DNA of 63,984 nucleotides, the filler included, from Octopus bimaculoides (lineage: Eukaryota), in the NCBI RefSeq assembly GCF_001194135.2. It is 6 parts of 6 records of this genome, joined end to end, with 100 filler letters (N's around TTAATTAATTAA, not from the genome) between each part and the next. Parts side by side here need not be neighbours in the genome. Positions count along the whole stretch, not along the records: positions 1 to 31,910 come from NC_069006.1; positions 32,011 to 45,456 come from NC_068982.1; 4 more parts are not named here. One strand, written 5' to 3'. A program made the position numbers and the translations under genes. The notes below the pieces were generated by a model. It searched no databases and was not told the DNA's origin. It was given only the letters and a program-made list of their open reading frames with translations. Of this stretch, positions 24,151-35,645 are shown one piece after another; the stretch's first letter is position 1, and each line of letters opens with the position of its first letter.

Positions 24151-24859
24151 AATAAAAGAATATATAAATGTATGTGTGTTTAGTGAATGTCCCCCCACCA
24201 CCACCACTTGACAACCAGTGTTGGTTTGTTTATATATGTGTCCAGCAAACAAAACTGATGGAATAAGTACCATACAAAAAAAAAAAAAAGCAGGTACTAA
24301 AGGTGAGCTGTTCAACAAAAGCCTGTTCTGGTTGGTATCCCAGCTTGGCCTCAGCCCAACGCCTGAAACAAAGAGTATATAAAAATTACACATTCATGCA
24401 CACAGGCACAAATATGGCTGTCTGTATGTCTCTGTCTGTCTGTATGTCTCTCTCACACACACAAACACACATGCAAAGGATGTTTACATTTCAGCTTTCA
24501 GAGCCTACATCACGATTAAGATATAGAGCATGGGGAGGGGGAATGTCTGTGTGTATGTATGTATGAGTATGTATGTGTGTGTGTAGAAGAATTTATTCAG
24601 TGGTAAACATGTCAGGTCATTGGAGGTGTCTGTTCTTATTCCTGTCACCTGACATCACATCTCCCCACCCCCACTTGGTCAGCCATGGATTTGCTTGGTG
24701 CTTATAAACCACCACCACCATCACCACTTTACCATTACTAACACGTTTACTGCCATCACGACCTCCACCATCACTATTATCCCCTCTATCTACATACTCA
24801 CACACACACACAAGTACTCATACTTAGCTTGACAGAGAGAGAGAAGAGAGTGAAATTTC

Positions 24860-25538
24860 CTTCACCACACACAATCACACATAGACATACATATACACAC
24901 ACTCATATATAATCACACACACACAGATATACCACTTCCATACACATACAGGTATATAAAGGCACACATACACACAAGTACTCACACATAGACAGACAGA
25001 CACACACACGCAATCGCATGTAATCACACATTGCCATGTACCTACCCCATCACATACACATACACACAGCCACACATATACATGGCCATACACACACACA
25101 CACAAACACAGTCATATTCACCTGTACACACACACACAATCACATACACAGCCACATACAGACACAAACACAGTCACGCATGCACACACACATACACACA
25201 CACACAGAGGCATACATGCACTCGTACACAACCACACATGCATATACTACTTCCATACACAAACAAGTTAACATATGCATACAGGTATACTTATAAAGGC
25301 AGACACACACACATATACACACAAGTACTCACACATAGACAGACGCACATACAATCACAAGTAATCACACATTGCCAGGTACCTCCCCCCCCACACATAC
25401 ATATACACACATATACATGGCCCCACACACACACACACACACACACAAAGTCATATTCACCTGTACAGACACACACATAAAGCCAGGCACACACACAGTC
25501 ACATACACATACACAGACACAAATAGACACAAACACAG

Positions 25539-25570
<32 letters not shown>
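24860..25570 (+). repeat. CA-rich minisatellite with an approximately 345-bp tandem duplication
   Basis: Anchors CACAAGTACTCACACATAGACAGAC, GTAATCACACATTGCCA and GTCATATTCACCTGTACA each occur twice about 345 bp apart. Confidence 0.75.
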
Positions 25571-25573
<3 letters not shown>

Positions 25574-27146
25574 GCCTTCTCCATATACTCTTACATACAG
25601 CCACACACACACAAACCACAGAACACTCAGGGCTGTTCCTTGCTGCTGTACTGGTGTTTCTCACAAAAGACTGGTCAGTTCAGGTGACATTGGCACTCAT
25701 TGGTCTCAGCTGTCATTCCAGTATTTCCTCATCTACAGTGACCAGTGTCCAGTGGTGGTGGTCAGTTTAGAAAGGATAGTGACATGTGGAGATCATTACT
25801 GAAAAATACCCTGTCATATGTAAGTCATAAAACTTGGTTTCTTCTTCTTCTTCTTTCATTTTCAACTGTTAACACACTTAATATTGTTTTCTTCACATGA
25901 TGGCAAGTAAATTTGTAAATGTGTGTGTGTGTGTGATCCAGGTTCAGTCCCACTGTGTGGTACCTTGAGCATGTGCCTGTGCCTTCTACAATAGCCCAGA
26001 GCTGATCAAGGCCTTGTGGGTGGATTTGGTAGATGGAAACTGAAAGAATCTGTTGTGTGTGTGTGTGTGTCGTTGTCATCGTCGTTTAACGTCCGCTTTC
26101 CATGCTAGCATGGGTTGGACGATTTGACTGAGGACTGGTGAAACCAGATGGCTACGCCAGGCTCCAATCTGATTTGGCAGAGTTTCTACAGCTGGATGCC
26201 CTTCCTAACGCCAACCACTCAGAGAGTGTAGTGAGTGCTTTTACGTGTCACCCGCACGAAGGCCANNNNNNNNNNNNNNNNNNNNNNNNNNNNNNNNNNN
26301 NNNNNNNNNNNNNNNNNNNNNNNNNNNNNNNNNNNNNNNNNNNNNNNNNNNNNNNNNNNNNNNNNNNNNNNNNNNNNNNNNNNNNNNNNNNNNNNNNNNN
26401 NNNNNNNNNNNNNNNNNNNNNNNNNNNNNNNNNNNNNNNNNNNNNNNNNNNNNNNNNNNNNNNNNNNNNNNNNNNNNNNNNNNNNNNNNNNNNNNNNNNN
26501 NNNNNNNNNNNNNNNNNNNNNNNNNNNNNNNNNNNNNNNNNNNNNNNNNNNNNNNNNNNNNNNNNNNNNNNNNNNNNNNNNNNNNNNNNNNNNNNNNNNN
26601 NNNNNNNNNNNNNNNNNNNNNNNNNNNNNNNNNNNNNNNNNNNNNNNNNNNNNNNNNNNNNNNNNNNNNNNNNNNNNNNNNNNNNNNNNNNNNNNNNNNN
26701 NNNNNNNNNNNNNNNNNNNNNNNNNNNNNNNNNNNNNNNNNNNNNNNNNNNNNNNNNNNNNNNNNNNNNNNNNNNNNNNNNNNNNNNNNNNNNNNNNNNN
26801 NNNNNNNNNNNNNNNNNNNNNNNNNNNNNNNNNNNNNNNNNNNNNNNNNNNNNNNNNNNNNNNNNNNNNNNNNNNNNNNNNNNNNNNNNNNNNNNNNNNN
26901 NNNNNNNNNNNNNNNNNNNNNNNNNNNNNNNNNNNNNNNNNNNNNNNNNNNNNNNNNNNNNNNNNNNNNNNNNNNNNNNNNNNNNNNNNNNNNNNNNNNN
27001 NNNNNNNNNNNNNNNNNNNNNNNNNNNNNNNNNNNNNNNNNNNNNNNNNNNNNNNNNNNNNNNNNNNNNNNNNNNNNNNNNNNNNNNNNNNNNNNNNNNN
27101 NNNNNNNNNNNNNNNNNNNNNNNNNNNNNNNNNNNNNNNNNNNNNN

Positions 27147-27180
<34 letters not shown>

Positions 27181-27706
27181 CACACACACACTCTCACACA
27201 CACACTCACACACACACACACACACACACACAAAGCAAATAAGTAACAAGGATGTCCAGCTATCAGTGCATTATGGCCATTTCAAGCGACTCCATTTAAG
27301 TGACCAATGAAAACATGACATCCGATGCAGACGACCATAGAGATTTCCAACATACAAAATACTCCATTATAATTTTTTAGCAAATTTTTCATCAGTACTT
27401 GAGACTAAGATAATTAGATTGCTTCTTTTTGCTATTACTGTAGCAGGAGTATCCTGTATGTTGGAAATCTATGTGTTCATACGCATCCGAGGAGAGCCGA
27501 TTATTTCAAATTGATGTAATCTTTACATTGATTGATTAAATGCAGCCACTTGAAACAGCCGTAATGCATTGATGCCTGGACATCTTTGTTACTCATTTGT
27601 GCTCTTTATTCACCTAACTTCAAGCTGTGCAAACAATACCGGACTGACTTGGTGCCTTATCTTAAGTACCTAATTCAACTGAATCTTAATTATATATATA
27701 TTCTGT

Positions 27707-28086
27707 GTTGGCACTCCGTCGCTTACGACGTCGAGGGTTCCAGTTGATCCGATCAACGGAACAGCCTGCTCGTGAAATTAACGTGTAAGTGGCTGAGCAC
27801 TCCACAGATACATGTACCCTTAACATAGTTCTCGGGGATATTCAGTGTGACACAGCGTGACACAGTGTGACCCTTTGAATTACAGGCACAACAGAAACAG
27901 GAAGTAAGAGTGAGAGAAAGTTGTGGTGAAAGAGTACAGCAGGGTTCGCCACCATCCCCTGTTGGAGCCTTGTGGAGCTTTAGGTGTTTTCAGTCAATAA
28001 ACACTCACAACGCCCGGTCTGGGAATCGAAACCGCGATCCTATGACCGCGAGTCCGCTGCCCTAACCACTGGGCGTTTGCGCCTCC
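27707..28086 (-). mobile_element. tRNA-headed SINE family C, full length
   Basis: Minus strand begins GGAGGCGCAAACGCCCAGTGGTTAGGGCAGCGGACTCGCGGTC...GGTTTCGATTCCC (A and B boxes) and ends GTAAGCGACGGAGTGCCAACA. Decayed relatives at about 13950-14265, 22685-23005 and 10570-10760. Confidence 0.9.
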
Positions 28087-28399
28087 ACTATATATAAGTT
28101 TGTTTGTGTAAAACACGAGTATATATAAATATATACTTTCTCCATTATTAATCTGTAGAAGGGCAGTGAGCTGGCAGAATCATTAGAGTGCTGGAAAGAA
28201 TGACTTTCTGTATTTCTTCCAACTCTTTTTTATGTTCTTTGTTGAAATTCCATAGAGGTCCACTTTGCCTTTCATCTTTTCAGGGTTGGTAAAACAAGTA
28301 CCAGTTGAGTACTGGAATCAATGTAATCAGCTGGCACCCTGCCCCCAAAATTTCAGGCCTTGTGCCCATTGTAGGAAGAATTATTAATTGCTAGATTAA

Positions 28400-30169
28400 A
28401 TGCTATATTCCCACCAGAAGACAGGATAGACAGATAGTTGTAAATGCAAAATCCATTCCTGGTGAAGGATGTACAACTCAACATAGGTTAGAGTTAAAAG
28501 GACTCAGAGACACAAATCTGTCTGGGAAAAAAAAAGACATGGAAGCTTAAAAAAATCCCCTGGATAATCAAAAATTTAGAGAAGTTCTAATTGAAACAGG
28601 AGGAGATAGAGATGTATATTACTGAGGATAAATGGGAGTTCTTAGAGAACATCCTACTGAGCACCAGAAACCAGATCTGTAGATTGTTCAAAGTTCCAGC
28701 TAGATTACCATGGTGGGACAATGAAGTAGACAGAACCATAAAAGCAAAGTGGCAAGGCCTGGAAAGATTGAAAGAAAAATAGTAGAGAAGTATACCAGGG
28801 AGCTGGAAGAGAAGCTAGGTGATAGGTTTATTTAGTAAGGGAAACAGCAGAAACTGAGTGATTCTGAAAAGAAAGAGGCATGAAAGTGTTATTGTGGAAG
28901 GGAACTAAGTAATGAGAATGTGTAAGAAATAGAGAGTCTTCCAAATATGAACCTGGCAGAGAGTCCAGTCGTTGTAGTGAATTGCAGTGTGATAGATAAA
29001 GCAGTTAAGGATATGATGCCAAGGGAAGCCCCTGGTCCATCAGGAATCACTGCTGAGATACTTAAAATACCCAGTAGAGTAAAATACAGCCTAATGACCC
29101 TTGTAGTTAATTAGTTTGTACAGGAAAGAGTTATAGCAGAATTATGGTGAACTGTTACAAGGGTAAAGGATATGCTTGATAGAGAGGAAATTACAGAGGC
29201 ATCAGATTGCTGGAGCAGATGATGAAAGTTTGGAAATAGTTATAGCTCAATTAATTAGAGAGAGAGAGAGAGAGAGAGAACAAGAGTAGATGAGATGCCA
29301 TTTCATTTTGTGCAAAGGAAAAGTAATATGGGTGCTCCCTTCCTGATGAAGCAATGGCCAGAGAAGCATTTGGCTAAAACTAAGCCACTGTACTTAGCAT
29401 TTATCAACCTGGGGATAACTTTTGACAGAATCTTTTGCACTATGATCTGCTAGTCTCTGAGGAGGCTTGGCTGAGACAAATAGCTAGTGAAACCCATACA
29501 AGCAATCTGCAGAATTGAGTTAATGAGTACAGAAATAATTTTAGCATGCAGATAGGATTTTATTACAACTCTGTTCTCAGTCCCCTACTATTCATTATAG
29601 CCCTCCTGGCAATTACAGAGGAGTTTAAGACCAGTTGCATGTGGGAACTGCTTTAAGCTTTTAATCTTGATCTTATAACTGAACATGTAGGAGAATTAGA
29701 ATAGAAATTCCAGATGTGGAAGCAAAGCCTAAAATCAGATGAGTTCAAAGTTAATTTTGAAATGACCAAAGTTTTAGTGAACAGGAAAACAGGCAGGACT
29801 CTGCTTTCATCAAAGAAATGACCCTACTTGATATGTAGAGAAGGAGTAAGTAGAAGTTCTGTATAGCGTACCCAATGCAAACTAAGGGCACTCAAGAGAT
29901 GCAGTGGAATCAGAGGAAGGTTAACTGAGAAAGTAGTGTTTCTATGTGGAAGATGTACAGGAACAATAAACACTCTGAGTGCATTGGAAATAGGCTTTTT
30001 CAAATACCCCAGGAGATCCTTCAGGATAGGAGATAGCTTCAATTACCTGGATGACCTAATTAGTAGTGGAAGAGTTGTTCTGAAAGTATAATTACTGGAA
30101 TAAGAACAAGTTGGAAAAAGTTCAGAGAGCTGTTACCTCTGTTGGTAATAGAAGGTCTCTCTCTCTCTC

Positions 30170-30207
<38 letters not shown>

Positions 30208-30620
30208 AGATTGAAAAGTAGATTGTTTGTGTACAAACAGTAATGCTACTTGGTAGTGAGATGTGGGCCCTAAATGCAGAGGACTTGGAAAGATTAGAAA
30301 GAAATAAAGCTGTCATGTTCTGTTGCATATGCAATGTTAGTGTGCATTAATGAAAAAGTACAAAAAATTGTGTATAAAAGGAATCAGATGTGGTTGACAA
30401 TAGAGAAGACTGTACGGTTATGGACATGTGATGTGTATGGATGAGGATAGCCATATAAAGAAGTAGTAATCATTTAAAGTGGATTGAGCTTGCAGAAGAG
30501 AGCGGCCCAGGATGACATGGAACAAAGTAGTGAAAGCTAATCTCAGGGCTTTGAACCCCACAGAGAAAATGATTAGAAAAAACTGAAATGACTGGCAATA
30601 TGTGGTGCTCAAGAAGCCCT
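28400..30620 (+). mobile_element. Decayed RTE-clade LINE ORF2 (many stops and frameshifts)
   Basis: Remnants: PWWDNEV; APGPSGITAE; YKGKG...RGNYRGIRLLEQMMKV; KPLYLAFINL; VLSPLLFII; WELL; FNYLDDLISS; MLLGSEMWAL. Confidence 0.85.
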
Positions 30621-31910
30621 TATCCCAGAGAAATTAAGATTTGTCAAGCCTTTTCAACTGCCTTTCATCTCCTTATCATTGATCCCTCAATCATTTGCAT
30701 TAGTTTGCTGCAGTAATTAAATGAGAGCAGAACTATATATTTCATTATCATCTTATTCTGTGATACTAGTTATCTATCTCACTACTTAGAACCATTTCAC
30801 TTAATATACATCTTTCATGCTTAATATTTTTCCTCTCCACTCACATCTTATATTGATCATTCTTCTCTGCTTTCAAACTGTCTCTCCTTCTCCTCTTGCA
30901 CCACATCACCCTCTGTCCTCAACACTTTTGCAACCTATCCACCAAAACGTAATTTCTCTTCCTCTCATCCTTCCCATGACTACTGCATTATTATTACCAT
31001 TCTGCCACTCCTTATCCCTTTCTGGACTGCAAGTCATCACCTACTCTCCCCTATCTTCTTTGTAGTCTATATCTGTCCTCAATTACCCCTCCACTCATGT
31101 CCACCATTCACTACATCTACTCCCTCAAATCTATCCATTCTCTAGTCATCACTTAATCTCACCTATCTTTCTTCCAATTCATAATTAACATATTTATATT
31201 CTGCTCTACTCTTATCTCATCTCTAATCATCCCTCACTCTCTCCATACATTCTTGCAACATCTACCCAACCACCCTTTCTGTTCTTCTGTCCCCACTCAC
31301 CTCCATTCACATCCTTGTACCTTGAGGGCCCACCCTGGCATCTTCTCACCACCCTCTTTATCTCTTTTTGCAGCTCCACCTTCATTACTCCTACCTTCTT
31401 TTGTATAATGTAAGCAGCCATGTATCTCCTCTACAGCATGAAACCTAATCTGGCCTCTTCCTTCATTCTTTAATCCTTCATCACTTAGCATTAAGTGGGA
31501 CTACAGGTCCCACTCAGCTGAAGGGGATCTTAGTCTTGCAAGTTATATGGTGACCTCACTCGTGCTGGTGCCATGTAACAAGTACCCAGTTCACCCCCCA
31601 AAGCAGTTAGCATTAGAAGGGCATCCTAGCCATAGAAACTATGCCACAGGAGACATTGGAGCATGAGGCAGTTCTTGGCCCTGTCAGACCCTTTGTTCTA
31701 TCCAACTCATACTGGTAGGGAAGATGAATGGTGAAAGATGGTGATTGATGAGATGAAGATAATAATGAGTTTGTGTGTGTATGCGTACACACATGTACAC
31801 ACACATCATGCCAAAGCAAACCCTGGCTTGTTGGTTCCTATTGGACCAAGCAACCCATACCACCAGGGAAAACAGATGTTAAACAACAATGATGATGATG
31901 ATGGTATATA

Positions 31911-32010
31911 NNNNNNNNNNNNNNNNNNNNNNNNNNNNNNNNNNNNNNNNNNNNTTAATTAATTAANNNNNNNNNNNNNNNNNNNNNNNNNNNNNNNNNN
32001 NNNNNNNNNN
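31911..32010. other. Assembly join marker (100-nt N block with central TTAATTAATTAA)
   Basis: The same construct is centred at 45501, 52932, 59401 and 62791; an identical 12-mer between fixed N runs indicates a scaffolding artefact. Confidence 0.9.
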
Positions 32011-32284
32011 TCAGTCAAATCGTCCAACCCATGCTAGCATGGAAAGCGGACGTTAAACGATGATGATGATGATGATGATATATATATATTATGATTGACC
32101 GTTGACTGAACACTATTCAATTTTTTTTCTCCGTGTTTTTCTCCTTGACTCCGTATTCTTTCTGTTGAAGAGCGTAGCTCGAAACGTCAAAGACTTTCCG
32201 TATTCCCGAGCGTCATACTAATATATCCTTTTGTTATTTACACCACCTGTCCTCGTCTGTTGTTATTATTTGTATATTCTCCCA

Positions 32285-32315
<31 letters not shown>

Positions 32316-32976
32316 GCATTCATATATATGTATTCATTTACATGCATATTTACTTCATGTGTGTGTATGTGAAAGTGTGTATTTATATATTTGTAAGGTA
32401 TGTGTGAGAGTATATTTGCATATCTACATACGTATGCACCTGTGTGTTCATACCTATACTTTTATATATATATATACATATATACATGTATGTGTGTGTA
32501 TGTATGTATGTATGTATGTATGTATGTATGTATGTATATACACATGTACATATATTGATATCTGCATTTGTGTGCATATGAACATGACCATTAACATTTG
32601 TGTAGACATGGCTTCTAATATTGTTCAAACAAGGTGAGACTAATGCAATGATTTTATAATGTGCCTCCCAAAAGGAGGCAGTTTGAATTTTGGGGAGCAG
32701 TTTCAAAATGCTACATCATTATCATCATCATCATCATTTTAGCATCCACTTTTTCATGCTTGTATAGTTCAGATGGAATTTGCTGAGGTGGATTTTCTCT
32801 AGCTGGATGCCCTTCCTGTTGCCAGCTTTCAACTGTTTCCATGTTAGGTAATATTTTCCCCAGAACCAGATGTGCTTTCAAAGAAGACTAAACAAAGGGC
32901 ACCACTTCCATGGTGGCGACATTCACTTTACTACTACCACTTGAAATCAAGGCTAGGAGAGAGTAAACCCCCCCTC

Positions 32977-33021
<45 letters not shown>

Positions 33022-33815
33022 AAGGGTAAAGGGTAAAGGCCCTCTTTGGTAACGAATGACCATGGGATTGCACCCCAGAAAGTTCCCCTCTGAAGCACAA
33101 GTCCAGGCAAGGTTTTTTTTATGGAAGACCGCTGTCACCCATACACACTAGCCTTCTCTCTCCATGCCACTGATGCTATCCAAGGGAAAGGTAAAGGCTG
33201 ATACAGCTTGGGACCTGCGACGTCGCAACTCATTTCTAAAGCTGAATGAACTGGAGCAATGTGAAATAAAGTGTCTTGCTCAAGAACACAGCATATATAA
33301 TATAGGTAGTTAAGGTAAATCCCAGCTGTTTCCTCCTGAAGCACATCTGCTTATTCCATTATTATAATCCACTATGTGGTCACAGTTTCTGCTGTATGTT
33401 AGTTAAAACACATTAAAATTGAGAATTATGGAAATATCATTTGCAAAGTTATTGTATAGTAAAAAAAAACATTGGAAAATTTTAATAGTATTAATTCACC
33501 ATTATATGTTTTTTAATGGTGAATAGATAATACAAAAAAAATTTCCAATTTCTTGTGTTGTCATACACACACACATACATATATATAGTTGAAATTTACA
33601 GAAAAACAAAAGGCGAAGACGGGTGCATGAATAACAAGCAGGTGTATTAGTTTGATGCTCAGGAAAGTGAGAGTCTTTTACGTTTTGAGCCTATGCTCTT
33701 CAACAGAAAGGAATATGAGGAAATAAACAGATAAAGAATAAAAAGAGAGAGAATAAAAAAAAAATTGTGGATTTAGCAATCAATCATGGCGACTATAAAT
33801 ATATATATATATATT

Positions 33816-34017
33816 AAAAGTAATTAAGTTTATGTCCAGTCATAGAGTGACCAATGGTTCTGCATCGAATAAGGCCTTAACCTCACAGATGTCTCGTCAG
33901 ACTCTAAAGCCAAAAACTTTCAGCTTTAGTGTCTAACGAGATGTCCTCGAAGCTAAGGCCTTTGTGGACATGAAACCAATGGTCACTCTATGACCAGACA
34001 TAAACTTAATTACTTTT
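33816..34017. mobile_element. Inverted-repeat element made of two head-to-head hammerhead-like units
   Basis: 44-bp terminal inverted repeats (33816-33859 and 33974-34017); each arm carries TAGAGT-CTGACGA...GAAA-CCA(A/T)TGGTC-ACTCTA with point decay. Same family as 41126-41322. Confidence 0.7.
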
Positions 34018-35302
34018 AATACATTACTGCTCTATGCTTTAGAGTGTGCTTCCTTTTTGGATATATGATATATTGACGATATATATACATATATATGTGA
34101 TAATCTTACTGATGAGACAAGTTTTACAACATCTCTACTTATAGAAACAACTGCAAATACTTATTTTGTAAGTTTAATACCACCATCCATGCACCATCAT
34201 CACTTCCACTTCCTCAAGAACAAAACAGATTTGGTTATTTCTCCTCTTCTCAAACATCTCTCACCTAAATCTCATACCTTATCTCTTTCTCACACACAAA
34301 CCACATAAATTACTCTGCACTGAAACATAAATTTCTCAAACTCTGCTGCAATCCCTTCACAATCCCTGCTGCAATCCCTTCGCTGTCCAGGCCACACTCG
34401 ACTCAAACTTCATTTCAAAAGTTAATACCAGTACACACGTAGACCATAGATTCCACTCTCCCAGTCACTCACATCTCTCACCTGCATTTCAGCAAGATTG
34501 TTTTCCATTTACTTTAGTTCAATGACTCCTTCCCCCCATTCTTTTAAATATATCTCCATCATCTGCTCCCTGAACCCCTCAAACTACCATCACCTTTTAA
34601 CAACTCTAGCAACGAAAACACCTGACACTATACAATTCCTCCACTTTCAAGTTCTATAGCATTTTAGATCATAATTAGAAATAAATTGGTCAGAGTGCCC
34701 CTGGTTTTATTTTGATTATGTCTGGTAGGTTACTTCCTTTATTCACGACCCTTCAGAAATAATTAGGTGTCCTTCCATATCCTATATACAACAAAAACTC
34801 AATATCCCAAGATTTTAAGTAGTTCACTCATAGGTGAGATGCAGCTCTTCAGACATAAAAACAGAAAAAAGAAATCTAAGGTGCCAAGACAATGTCGCCC
34901 AAACCCCACAAAATGAATGGCATTGATCTCTTGTAAGATCATGTTTTCCTGCTTCCCAAACTACATACTTATGTATGTATGTACGTCTGTATATGTGTAT
35001 TTCCATCTATCAAATCCACTCACAAAGATTTCGTTGGCCCGGGGCTATAATAAAAGACACTTGCCCAATGTGTCGCGCAATGGGATTGAACCCAAAACCA
35101 TGTGGTTGGGAAGCGAACTTCTTACCACACATCATGTCCGTACCTATACGCACACACATTTATTGATACATATACACACACATTTATTGATACATATACA
35201 CACACATAAACGCATACATATAATACACGCGTTACAAAACAAAGACACCGTTATCAAACTATGTCACTAACAAACTGTTTAACATTATGACATTAATAGC
35301 CA

Positions 35303-35645
35303 GGCGGCGAGTTGGCAGAAATGTTAGCATGCCGGGCGAATGCTTCGCGGTATTTCGTCTGCCGCTACGTTCCGAGTTCAAATTCCGCTGGACTTTCATC
35401 TTTTCAGGGTCGATATAATCGACTTAATCTGTGTGTAACCCCTTGTGGGCAGTAAAGAAATAAGAAACGTTAGCACGCCGAGCGAAATGCTTAGCGGTAT
35501 TTCGTCTGTTTTTACGTTCTGAGTTCACATTCCGCCGAGGTCAACTTTGCCTTTCATCTTTTCAGAGTAGATAAATTAAGTACCAGCTGTGTACTGAAGT
35601 CGATGTAATCGACTGGCCCCCTCCCCTAGAGTAGAAAAGATTATG
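35303..35645 (+). mobile_element. Dimeric family A SINE
   Basis: The first unit ends CCCCTTGTGGGCA(G/A)TAAAGAAATAAGAAA and the second restarts at CGTTAGCACGCC; same junction at 56377-56810. Confidence 0.8.

Noticed and set aside
34200-34860. Possible GIY-YIG/Penelope remnant (minus-strand ESGIY)
   Set aside because: No YIG or RT motifs follow and the frames are full of stops; cannot be supported.
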